From NCBI GenBank assembly GCA_049294075.1, contig JBAQCK010000039.1, positions 3,409-67,408 on the forward strand: a stretch of DNA of 64,000 bases, read 5' to 3'. Position numbers and translations under genes: made by a program. Under the pieces are notes generated by a model. That model had not been told where the DNA came from and did not search any database. It worked only from the letters and a program-made list of their open reading frames with translations. Positions 52,325-61,538 of this stretch are shown here, one piece after another. The DNA comes from Bacteroidales bacterium. Lineage in GTDB: Bacteria > Bacteroidota > Bacteroidia > Bacteroidales > VadinHA17. Positions within the stretch are counted from its first letter, which is position 1. The number at the start of each line of letters is the position of its first letter.

Positions 52325-53635
52325 CTAAACCGTCGGCAATTTCCACGGATCCCTGTAAGACGGAACAAGATAGTCGTTCGCCTCAACATCGTTGGTGAAC
52401 CTGGTGCCATCCCACACAAGCTTCTTGCCTGTACGATAGGCTATGTTGCCCAGCGCGGAGAATTTAGCTATGTGAGCACCGATCTCAATGCTGGCATTTG
52501 TCTTCGGATTCCGGCTTGCAATACACTCGAGATGGTTTTTTACGTGATTTTTCAATCCGGCTCCAGTGCCTCTTTTCAGACCAACTGCTTCCATCCTCAA
52601 TATACCGTTCACCTTTTCGGGGATAACTTCCCATCCCGATCTGTCGACAACGAGGGTCCCGTTTTCTCCGACAAATCCAAGCCCGTGATTCCTTCCATAT
52701 GCACCGTCATCTATTCCAATTGCATGATCCCACAGAACATTGAAGCCGTCAAATTCATAGATTGTCTGAAGGCTGTCGGGTGTTTCACATGCATCATCGG
52801 GGTATCCGAATTTGCCACCCATTGCCATTATTGACTTAGGCGCCGTGACATTCATTGCAAAGAGGGCATAGTCGAGAAGATGCACGCCCCAGTCGGTCAT
52901 TAGTCCGCCTGCATAATCCCAGAACCATCTGAAAGTAAAATGGAAGCGGTTCCTGTTGAAAGGTCTGGAAGGTGCCGGACCGAGCCACATGTTGTAGTCA
53001 ACGCCTGCCGGTACGGGTTCATCAGCCAGAACCGGAATTGAAGGACACCATCCCTGGTATGAAAACACTCTTACAAGCCTTATCTTCCCAAGATTTCCTG
53101 AATTTACGAAATTAACCGCCTCCTGCCAGTGAGGATCGCTTCTCTGCCACTGACCGACCTGAACAACACTCCTGTACTTTTGAGCAGCCTTTACCATCAG
53201 GTTGCATTCCTCAATGGTCCGGCCTATCGGTTTTTCAACATACACATCCTTTCCCGCCTCACATGCTGCAACCATCTGGATACAATGCCAGTGATCGGGG
53301 GTGCCGACAATAACCAGGTCGACATCCTTGTTGTCAATCACCCTTCTCCAGTCTTTGTACAGACCGGCAGGCTTAGCTCCTCTGATCTTCTGCACATCCC
53401 CCGCCCTTCTTTCAAGCACCGAATCATCAATATCGCACAAGGCTACGCATTCAGTCTGGGGATTCTCCAGGAAGGCGCTCAGATTGCTCCAGCCCTGTCC
53501 GTTGCATCCTATCAGACCGATTTTTATCTTGTCACTCGGCGGAACTGGTAAGCCTGAGCCATGCAGTACAGGGGCAATAGTCAGGCCTGCAGCCGCAATG
53601 GCGCTGTTCTTCAGAAAAGTACGTCGTGTTGTCAT
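52325..53635 (-). CDS. TAT-exported Gfo/Idh/MocA family oxidoreductase
   Basis: 'TRRTFLKNSAIAAAGL' twin-arginine signal, Rossmann 'IGLIGCNGQG', 'DVYVEKPI' motif. Confidence 0.85.
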   Translation of the reverse strand: MTTRRTFLKNSAIAAAGLTIAPVLHGSGLPVPPSDKIKIGLIGCNGQGWSNLSAFLENPQTECVALCDIDDSVLERRAGDVQKIRGAKPAGLYKDWRRVIDNKDVDLVIVGTPDHWHCIQMVAACEAGKDVYVEKPIGRTIEECNLMVKAAQKYRSVVQVGQWQRSDPHWQEAVNFVNSGNLGKIRLVRVFSYQGWCPSIPVLADEPVPAGVDYNMWLGPAPSRPFNRNRFHFTFRWFWDYAGGLMTDWGVHLLDYALFAMNVTAPKSIMAMGGKFGYPDDACETPDSLQTIYEFDGFNVLWDHAIGIDDGAYGRNHGLGFVGENGTLVVDRSGWEVIPEKVNGILRMEAVGLKRGTGAGLKNHVKNHLECIASRNPKTNASIEIGAHIAKFSALGNIAYRTGKKLVWDGTRFTNDVEANDYLVPSYRDPWKLPTV

Positions 53636-53663
53636 ATTATTCAGGTTTAGTGAGTTGTATCTT

Positions 53664-54791
53664 TTATAGAACTGAGAATCTGTAGATGGTCCTGGTCTTG
53701 TAGGTCTCGCCCGGATTCAGAACCGTGGAAGGGAACTCAGGATGATTGGGGCTGTCAGGAAAGTGCCCTGATTCAAGGCAAAAGCCACTCCTGTAATCAT
53801 AAGCCACTCCTCCATGTCCGGTCTGAGTTGCATCCAGGAAATTTCCTCCGTAGAACTGAAGACCGGGCTGGTCGGTAATCACCTCCAGCACTCTGCCTGA
53901 AAGAGACTCGTAGACCATTGCATCAACCTCCTCAACGTTATCGAGAACATAATTGTGATCATAGCCTTTGCCGAGAATGAGTTGATCATACGGCTCCTCA
54001 AGTCTCGATTCTATCATTTGCGGCTTCGTGAAATCAAATGGAGTGCCGGCAACCGGACGTATCTCTCCGGTAGGTATCATGAATGAATCGACCGGGGTGA
54101 AGGCCGATGCCCTGATTGTCAGTATATGATCGTTGATATCATCCACTCCTGCTCCATGAAGATTGAAATATGCATGGTTGGTCAGGTTCACAACAGTCTT
54201 TTTGTCGGTTGTGGCCAGATAATCCATGATGATTTCATTATTGTCGGTCCAGGTATAGGTTACTTCAGCATCAACATTGCCCGGAAATCCCATTTCCATA
54301 TCAGGACTCCTGTAGGTAAACTTCACGGCAGGAAACTCACTTCCCTTTACAATCTCGGCATTCCAGACCACGCTGTGCCAGCCCTTCGGTCCTCCGTGAA
54401 GAGTGTTCGGACCGTTATTCCGAGGTAAGGTATATTCAACCCCGTCGAGTGTGAACTTTCCGCCTGCTATCCTGTTGGCATACCTTCCGACGGTCGATCC
54501 GAAAGACATATCACCAGCGAGTGTTGCCTCAAAGGTGTCGTAACCAAATGTTATGTTTTCCTTTGCACCCTTCCGGTCGGGCACTTCTATCCAGTTTATT
54601 TTGGCTCCGTAATTTGTTAATTTTATTACGTTTCCATCTTTATTTGTAAGAGTAAGCAGAAATACATCCTTCCCATCATGTTTTCCGAATACTTCCTGTC
54701 GTACATTCTGTGACGAGCTGCTGCAATCTGTAAAAAGCACCAGAGATGCAACCATAGCCCCCGCGAGTAATAGATTCCTTTTCATCATCAT
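53664..54791 (-). CDS. galM: Aldose 1-epimerase (galactose mutarotase), lipoprotein
   Basis: Lipobox 'LFTDCSS', 'NTLHGGPKGW', 'NLTNHAYFNL', 'GYDHNYVL'. Confidence 0.9.
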   Translation of the reverse strand: MMMKRNLLLAGAMVASLVLFTDCSSSSQNVRQEVFGKHDGKDVFLLTLTNKDGNVIKLTNYGAKINWIEVPDRKGAKENITFGYDTFEATLAGDMSFGSTVGRYANRIAGGKFTLDGVEYTLPRNNGPNTLHGGPKGWHSVVWNAEIVKGSEFPAVKFTYRSPDMEMGFPGNVDAEVTYTWTDNNEIIMDYLATTDKKTVVNLTNHAYFNLHGAGVDDINDHILTIRASAFTPVDSFMIPTGEIRPVAGTPFDFTKPQMIESRLEEPYDQLILGKGYDHNYVLDNVEEVDAMVYESLSGRVLEVITDQPGLQFYGGNFLDATQTGHGGVAYDYRSGFCLESGHFPDSPNHPEFPSTVLNPGETYKTRTIYRFSVL

Positions 54792-54833
54792 TAGAATTAG
54801 TTTCTTTAGATTTTAAAAATAATCAATTTGAAT

Positions 54834-55294
54834 TCAATTTCCTTCACCTGAACGGAACTGATTTGCAGGAAGACCCGATTTCCCGAATAATGAGGCAGTA
54901 GCTCCGTTACGCCAGCAGTACCTCACCGAAACCGGCTCCCTGACAAGGGCGGTTGTCAGCAACACTTCATCCCCTGAAATCCTGGCATCTGCTTTTTTGT
55001 ATTTACCGTCGCTTCCGGCAATTTCAAATTCCGACAGTTTGCCTTCTCCGGCGTCTTCTCATCAACAATTACCATGTCACGGTGTGTCTCGAGATAGATC
55101 TTGTCGATATGAACCTGACTTGAGATCATGTCCCAGATCGGTTCAAGCCATTTCAGGTCGTCCATCTGCCTTACCTCATAGGAACGTGCATAAACCGACA
55201 CCTCAAAATTGTCATATCCTTTATCAATCTGTGAAAATGATGAGTTGAATCCCATTAAGACTATGAGCAAGGATACTAATAAAACCTTCTTCAT
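54834..55294 (-). pseudogene. Chimeric deletion remnant: signal peptide plus about 75 aa of an unknown secreted protein, joined out of frame to the last about 70 codons of a SASA-type (sialate/carbohydrate O-acetyl) esterase
   Basis: Listed ORF 54956..55294 ends in junk ('KANCRNLKLPEATVNTKKQMPGFQGMKCC'). A second frame, 55058..54834, hand-translates to EDAGEGKLSEFEIAGSDGKYKKADARISGDEVLLTTALVREPVSVRYCWRNGATASLFGKSGLPANQFRSGEGN*. That matches the C-terminal pattern F-x-IAG-x-D-x-K...PV-x-VRY-x-W...GLPA-x-x-FR. Confidence 0.6.
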
Positions 55295-55350
55295 CCTTTA
55301 ATCTTAGAAATTTTGAAACTCTGATTCTCCATTTAGTCCTTATACAGCTA

Positions 55351-58300
55351 TTAATCCATCAGGTTAAGCTTGTACGAAAATGCCACGGGAGCCAGATAAA
55401 CCATATACTGGGGCTGAGGCCGCGGACCGCATCCGGCAGAGCCTACTCCAAGTGTAAGGTGACTGATGCAGAATACTGTTGCATCGCTTTCTGGAAGGTC
55501 GATCCTGTATTCAACCTTATCCATTTGTTCATCGCTGAAAGGCAGGGCTGTGAACTGAAGCAGAGAAGAAGCGCATTCAGCCTTTATTCCTTTGCCGGCC
55601 GTATTCATCACTTTCACCCAGCGGACGTCTTCATGATTGCCTGCATCCATTGGCTTCTCATAGGGAGTCATAAGCTCTCTTACAGTGGCTTTATAAACCC
55701 CGACGTCAAATCCGCGCTTCCTGTCGGAATAGTTTTCCATGGGGCCGCGTCCGAAATACTCAACCTGATCATACTGTTTGTCTATGAACATCCTCACCCC
55801 TATTCTTCCGGCAACAAGGGTTGGATTATTTGAGCTGACGCTGTTTGCGGCAGTTATAACTCCATTCCCCGATATCGTGTAAACTACATCATGACTTATG
55901 GTGAATCCATTCTTACCCTCTCCGGCAAGCTTAACTGAAATAGTTGCTTCAGAAGGCGAAGGCTGGGCAGTGGTGATTTCTTTAACTGTCCAGGTAAGTT
56001 CCTTGATCCCCGTGTTTGTCCATGCCCTGTCGGCATACATGTCGTCGTTGCGGTGTGCAGCCCTCCAGAGATGAAGCCTGGGACCTCCGCCGGAAAGGAG
56101 GATATTTGCCCCGTTCCTTTCTATCCTGGAGAAAGTGCCAGATTCCTTGTCGAAAACCAGAGAAAAGCCATCCCCTCTGAGAGTGATTGCCTTTTCATCC
56201 TGAGTCATTGTGACCGGACCTGCCGGCTGAACGGTAGCAGCAACAGGTGATTTTACAGGAAGTAAAAACTGTTGGGATGCGACTTCATAGCCCTTGTTTG
56301 CCCATATTTCATCTTTGGCAAGCTTAAAAGAGATACGAAGAAAATATTCTGCCCCCGGTTTCGGAGATGATATCTCAAACGGTATCCTGACAACCGTTTC
56401 CTTCCCCGGTTTAAGGTCAGGAGAGGTAAATTCGCCTGAACCAATAACTGTACCGTTTTCGGAGAGTGTCCACGATGCGTTAAAATCCTTAAGACTGATA
56501 AACTGGTATTTATTTTTGATTTTTACCGTTCCGGCCGACAGATCCTCTTCGGAGATCCCTATCCACTGGTAGGCCTTCTTCATCTCCGGATAATGAGGCT
56601 TGAGCGACCGATCGGAGGCAATCACTCCCTTGTGAATAAAGTATTTGTCGTTTGGAAATTCCCCGAATCCTCCTCCATAGGCCAGGATAACCCGGTCGGG
56701 ATCGCGCCTGTTCCATATACCCTGGTCCTGCCACTCCCAGATAGCGCCTCCGAGCAGCGATTCATATTTGTCGAACACATCATTGTATTCCCCGATAGCT
56801 CCCATCGAATTGAACATCGCGTGGGCATATTCGCACATGTAAAACGGTTTTGTATAGGCAGTGTCGGACAGAGCAATAGCTTCAACCTGAGGAATATTGG
56901 TGTACATCCTGCTGTCGAGGTCGGCGGGATTGACCCTGCCAATTCCGAATCCTTCGTAATGAACCGGCCTGGTCCTGTCAATCTCCTTAACAGCTGCCAG
57001 TGCAGCCCTGAAGTTTGTTCCTCCCCTGCCGTTCTCATTCCCGAGGGACCATATAATCACCGACGGATGGTTTTTGAAATTCTCTGCATTGGCTACATTC
57101 CTGTCGATTATGGCAGCCTTCATCCGTGGCTCCTCATCAAACCTTCCCATATTTCCGTGGCACTCGACATTGGCCTCGGCAACAAGCCATACACCCCATT
57201 CATCGCAGAGCTCATACCACAACGGATCGTCGGAATAGTGGCAGGTCCTGACATGATTGCAGTTGCCCTGCTTTATAAGCTCAAGATCGCGGATCATCTG
57301 CTCCCTGGTCACGGCATGACCTACATCGGGCCAGTTCTCGTGCCGGTTGACTCCCTTAAGCTTGATCGGCACACCGTTCGCGAGGAAGGTCCTTCCTTTT
57401 ATCTCAATCTCCCTGAAACCGGTTCTGGCCGACAGTGTCTCAATTACTTTGTTGCCCCGCTTAAGGGTAAGTACCGTTGTATATAGTTTGGGAGTCTCTG
57501 CTGTCCATTTGACAGGATTCGCAACAGGAAATGAAAGTCTTACCGGAGCCTCTTCACCCGGCTTAAGAGCCGGCACCCCGTCAATTGCTGAATATGATGC
57601 CACTACCGTCTCTCCGTCATACACCATGGCAGACAGCTTTAAGGCTTTGGCAGGTTTGCTGCTGTAGTTTTTTACTTTTGCAACAACATCAAGTGTGGCA
57701 TTTATGTAATTGTCATCCAGGTCAGTCTTGATGAAAAAGTCGCGGATATGAGTTACCGGAGCGCTCCATATGGTCACGTTCCTGAAAATCCCGCTGAGTC
57801 TCCACATATCCTGGTCCTCAACATAGCTTCCGGTGGTATACCTGTAAACCTCTACGGCAACCATATTCCTTCCCGGGTTTATATACTTTGTAATGTCAAA
57901 TTCAGCAACATTGCGGCTGTTCTCGCTGTAACCCACTTTCTGGCCGTTAACCCAGAGGAAAAAACCGGCATCAACACCGTCGAATGCAATGAAAACCTGT
58001 CTTCCATTCCAGTCGGCCGGAACATCAAAATCCCTTCGATAGCTGCCGACCGGATTCCTTTCCTCATAAGCCGTGAAGTTCTTCGGCGGTGTGCTCATCA
58101 CCTTCGGAAAATCCCGTTTGAAAGTGTAGCCGAGGTTCCTGTAGTAGGGTGTGCCGTAACCCAGGAGCTGCCAGTTCGAGGGAACGGGAATCTCCTTCCA
58201 TCCCGAAACGTCGTAACCGGGCTGGTAGAAATCAACCGGGCGTGCCTGGGGCCATGAAACCCAGTGAAACTTCCACATGCCGTTCAGGCTTCTGCAGAAC

Positions 58301-58527
58301 GATGATTCAAGCCTGTTTGCCGCCAGGGCTTCCCGTAGATCCGCGTAGGGCATCAGAGTTGCATGAGCTGGTTCCCTGTTTATGGCAAAGACTTCAGGAT
58401 CTTCTATTTCAGGCGGGACAGGAGCGCCGCCCAGCGAATCCCGAAGTGACGCAACCTGTGCTTCCAGAGGCGGGATCATGAAACAGAACAAAATGACAAC
58501 AATAAAGAGAAATGATATTTTTTTCAT
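55351..58527 (-). CDS. GH2 beta-galactosidase (LacZ-like)
   Basis: Signal peptide, '[12 protein letters not shown]', 'FYMCEYAHAMFNS', C-terminal small-chain-like domain. Confidence 0.9.
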   Translation of the reverse strand: MKKISFLFIVVILFCFMIPPLEAQVASLRDSLGGAPVPPEIEDPEVFAINREPAHATLMPYADLREALAANRLESSFCRSLNGMWKFHWVSWPQARPVDFYQPGYDVSGWKEIPVPSNWQLLGYGTPYYRNLGYTFKRDFPKVMSTPPKNFTAYEERNPVGSYRRDFDVPADWNGRQVFIAFDGVDAGFFLWVNGQKVGYSENSRNVAEFDITKYINPGRNMVAVEVYRYTTGSYVEDQDMWRLSGIFRNVTIWSAPVTHIRDFFIKTDLDDNYINATLDVVAKVKNYSSKPAKALKLSAMVYDGETVVASYSAIDGVPALKPGEEAPVRLSFPVANPVKWTAETPKLYTTVLTLKRGNKVIETLSARTGFREIEIKGRTFLANGVPIKLKGVNRHENWPDVGHAVTREQMIRDLELIKQGNCNHVRTCHYSDDPLWYELCDEWGVWLVAEANVECHGNMGRFDEEPRMKAAIIDRNVANAENFKNHPSVIIWSLGNENGRGGTNFRAALAAVKEIDRTRPVHYEGFGIGRVNPADLDSRMYTNIPQVEAIALSDTAYTKPFYMCEYAHAMFNSMGAIGEYNDVFDKYESLLGGAIWEWQDQGIWNRRDPDRVILAYGGGFGEFPNDKYFIHKGVIASDRSLKPHYPEMKKAYQWIGISEEDLSAGTVKIKNKYQFISLKDFNASWTLSENGTVIGSGEFTSPDLKPGKETVVRIPFEISSPKPGAEYFLRISFKLAKDEIWANKGYEVASQQFLLPVKSPVAATVQPAGPVTMTQDEKAITLRGDGFSLVFDKESGTFSRIERNGANILLSGGGPRLHLWRAAHRNDDMYADRAWTNTGIKELTWTVKEITTAQPSPSEATISVKLAGEGKNGFTISHDVVYTISGNGVITAANSVSSNNPTLVAGRIGVRMFIDKQYDQVEYFGRGPMENYSDRKRGFDVGVYKATVRELMTPYEKPMDAGNHEDVRWVKVMNTAGKGIKAECASSLLQFTALPFSDEQMDKVEYRIDLPESDATVFCISHLTLGVGSAGCGPRPQPQYMVYLAPVAFSYKLNLMD

Positions 58528-58547
58528 CGTATTAAGGTTTAAAAAAG

Positions 58548-61403
58548 TTATCTGACTGTATTTTTAACAACCACAGGGGCGCCGTCATAGGTCACAGTGG
58601 CGTGAGGCTTCAAATCCGGATCAAATTCAATGTTGTTCGTCCTTGTCACCCACACGACATTGAAGGTTCTTTTCAGGAGCATGCCGGGGTACTGCCCCTT
58701 GCGTTCTCCTATTGTCAGCTCACCCGAGGTCTCATCATAGTTCATGGGGATCGAACTGTGTTCACCCCTCTCATAGCCATAATTGACTCCCTCATCCTCA
58801 TACAATGTGAAAGAGGCATTCCTGCCGATATACACAAAAAGGGTGATGGGATCTGCCGGCTTCTGTGATGTGTATTCGATTTCCGGCCCAAACGGAATTA
58901 TCGATCCCTCTCTTATGAAAAGGGGGATCCGCTCATAGGGGGCATTCACGTCGAGATATCTGCCGCCCGGTATGAACTGTCCGGTATAAAAATCATACCA
59001 TCCGCAAACTGAAGGAAAGTATACCTTCCTGGTCCTGGCCCCGTATTCATAAACCGGGGCTACAAGGATTGAAGGACCGAACATGTACTGGTCGCCGATA
59101 TTCCTGACCGCGTGTTCGCTTCCGAAATCCATCACCATGGCCCTCATAATCGTATAATCATTGAACCATGTCATGCCCGCAAGGGAATAGATATACGGCA
59201 TCAGCCTGTACCTCAGCCTGTCGTAATAAACCATGCTCCGGTAGGAAGGTGTTCCGGCAGGCGATATGTTGAAAATCTCCCTGTACGGATACTGCCCGTG
59301 GCTCCTGAAAAGAGGGCAGAAGGCCCCGAACTGGAACCAGCGTGTGTTCAATTCCCTCCATTCGTCAAGATCTTCCGATCCTTCAGCAGCCCTTGTGTAC
59401 CGGTTCTCAACACAGAATCCTCCGATGTCAAAAGTCCAGTATGGGATCCCCGAGAGGGCGAAATTAAGTCCGGCCGGTATCTGTGCCTTCATATCCTCCC
59501 ACCTGGTACCGATATCACCGCTCCAGGTGGCAGTGGAATACCTCTGCAGACCGGCAAACCCACTGCGGGTAAGCAGGAAGACGCGCCGGTCGGGATCTGC
59601 TTCTCTCTGCCCTTCATAAATAGACTGTGCGTTCATCAGGGCATATGTGTTGAAATATTTCGCTGAAGGCCCGAGAGCCGTGGGTGTCGAAAGCTTCTTC
59701 CTGTACTCAACGCTTGCATTAGAAAGAATATCGGGCTCCGAGGCATCCATCCACCAGGCATCAAATCCATGGATATAAAGATGTTCCTTCATTTGCTCCC
59801 AGAATAGTTTCCGGGCTCCCTCGCTATAGGGATCATAGAATGAACCAATGTATCCCTTCCCGATCCAGTCCCTGACACTGTCGTCCACAGCCTTCCGGTA
59901 CATCCAGCCATTATTATCGAACTCCTTGAAATGATCGGTGGTGTGATAGAATTTCGGCCACACCGAGATCATTATCCTGGCATTCATCAGATGGACCGAA
60001 TCCACCATACCCTTCGGATCGGGGAAGAACTTCGGATCAAACTCATGGGAGCCCCAGGCATCAACGGGCCAATACGACCAGTCGAGGACAATATTATCGA
60101 GGGGTATATGCCTTTCCCTGTATTCCCTGACCACATTGAGCAGTTCACTCCGCGACCTGTACCTCTCGCGGCTCTGCCAGTAACCCATCGACCACTTAGG
60201 CATTATCCGGGCCTTACCGGTCAGTTTCCTGTAACCGCTTATTACTTCGTCGAGGTTGCCGCCCCGGATAAAATAATAGTCTATCTGGTCGCCCATCTCC
60301 GAAGTAAGGGAAAGGGCTCCCTGTTCTTCGGCAGTGCGAGGACTCAAAGCCTTAAGTCCTATGTATGAAATGCCGCCGTCGGGTTTCCATTCAAGCCTTA
60401 CAGGATACTTGCGCCCCTGCTCCAGCTTTCTCGAAAACTTGTAAGTATTGGGATTCCATGCGGTCCTCCATCTTTCCGGCACAACAAGCTCATCCCCAAA
60501 ATATAGCTTCGTGTATCCGGCATAGTAAAGCTTAAAATGAAAGTTCCCTGTTTCTGCAGGCTCTATCTCCCCGGTCCAGGTGATTAAAGAATTGTAAAAA
60601 GGAAATTCCTCCGGAAAATTTTTGACGGTCTCGAGGTTTTCGTAGTCGACCGACGATTCGGGCCTGCGTGTAAACACTCTGGATCTGTCACCGTCAGTAT
60701 AATACGAAGCAGTCAAACCTCCCGCCTTTCCGTCATCATCATAAAGCGTGAACATGTCAAGCTGTGAGTAGTCACGCGGATCACCGAACTTTGTCAGGGA
60801 ATAATTGTCCCATAGAAGTCCGTAATTTTTGCCGGATACTATAAAGGGGACGGACACCTTGGTGTTGTACTGGTACAGGACCTCGTTCAGCCCTTTGTAG
60901 TTGAACTCATCCGACTGGTGCTGCCCAAGCCCGTAAAAGGCCTCATCGGGGGGTGAACTGAACACCTGGCCCATCGAGTAGCCCTTTGTGCCCTCAACGT
61001 TAATCCGTTTGAATGATTTGCCGCCTCCCGGCTTTTCTTTCATAAGAATATTCCCGGTTTCGTCTGAAAAGGTAACCTGTCCGTCGGTGAGAGCCACTTT
61101 TGCCGTAACCTTCGGCGCAATTATCACCAGAGTGTCGGGGTCCTCCCTTACCGTAAAAGACGGAGCCGCGACCTGAGGGCCGACCACGCAAAGGCTTGAA
61201 TCGTCAGAAAATTCTTCCTGAGCAGTGGCTGTAACATGGATTATGCCTTCGTCAAGAACCTCGATCCTAATCAGTTCCGGAACATCCGGAATTTCCGATT
61301 TAAGTCTCATTATCACCCCTTTATCCGTTTGTTCCCAGGTGGTCTCAGAGCACGAAGGGAAAAGAATAACCGCCGCTGAAATTATCAGTAATAGCCTTTT
61401 CAT
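58548..61403 (-). CDS. GH31 alpha-glycosidase with PA14-like insert (alpha-xylosidase-like), lipoprotein
   Basis: Lipobox 'ILFPSCSE', PA14-like 'ASYYTDGD...GNFHFKLYYAGYTKLYFGDELV', catalytic 'DAWWMDASEP', 'TRSGFAGLQRY...TWSGD'. Confidence 0.85.
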   Translation of the reverse strand: MKRLLLIISAAVILFPSCSETTWEQTDKGVIMRLKSEIPDVPELIRIEVLDEGIIHVTATAQEEFSDDSSLCVVGPQVAAPSFTVREDPDTLVIIAPKVTAKVALTDGQVTFSDETGNILMKEKPGGGKSFKRINVEGTKGYSMGQVFSSPPDEAFYGLGQHQSDEFNYKGLNEVLYQYNTKVSVPFIVSGKNYGLLWDNYSLTKFGDPRDYSQLDMFTLYDDDGKAGGLTASYYTDGDRSRVFTRRPESSVDYENLETVKNFPEEFPFYNSLITWTGEIEPAETGNFHFKLYYAGYTKLYFGDELVVPERWRTAWNPNTYKFSRKLEQGRKYPVRLEWKPDGGISYIGLKALSPRTAEEQGALSLTSEMGDQIDYYFIRGGNLDEVISGYRKLTGKARIMPKWSMGYWQSRERYRSRSELLNVVREYRERHIPLDNIVLDWSYWPVDAWGSHEFDPKFFPDPKGMVDSVHLMNARIMISVWPKFYHTTDHFKEFDNNGWMYRKAVDDSVRDWIGKGYIGSFYDPYSEGARKLFWEQMKEHLYIHGFDAWWMDASEPDILSNASVEYRKKLSTPTALGPSAKYFNTYALMNAQSIYEGQREADPDRRVFLLTRSGFAGLQRYSTATWSGDIGTRWEDMKAQIPAGLNFALSGIPYWTFDIGGFCVENRYTRAAEGSEDLDEWRELNTRWFQFGAFCPLFRSHGQYPYREIFNISPAGTPSYRSMVYYDRLRYRLMPYIYSLAGMTWFNDYTIMRAMVMDFGSEHAVRNIGDQYMFGPSILVAPVYEYGARTRKVYFPSVCGWYDFYTGQFIPGGRYLDVNAPYERIPLFIREGSIIPFGPEIEYTSQKPADPITLFVYIGRNASFTLYEDEGVNYGYERGEHSSIPMNYDETSGELTIGERKGQYPGMLLKRTFNVVWVTRTNNIEFDPDLKPHATVTYDGAPVVVKNTVR

Positions 61404-61538
61404 GGGTATATGGATAATATTTGACAATCGTGCCGGTATAGAATACGGACTCTGCCTGGCTGGCCAGGAAAAATCAGTAATAAAAATAGTTGAATATCGG
61501 AGAACTAAGAAGAATAACCGGAAGGATTTCCGTAAGAT

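Noticed and set aside
52325-53635. Calling the TAT oxidoreductase a GH109 glycosidase
   Set aside because: The sequence looks like generic periplasmic Gfo/Idh/MocA. I could not match it to the GH109 sequence I remember. It is kept only as a mechanistic possibility in a finding.
56593-57486. 297-aa ORF antisense inside the GH2 gene
   Set aside because: It lies wholly within a gene with unambiguous GH2 catalytic motifs on the other strand. Its product has no recognisable motifs. Long antisense frames like this are common at this GC content.
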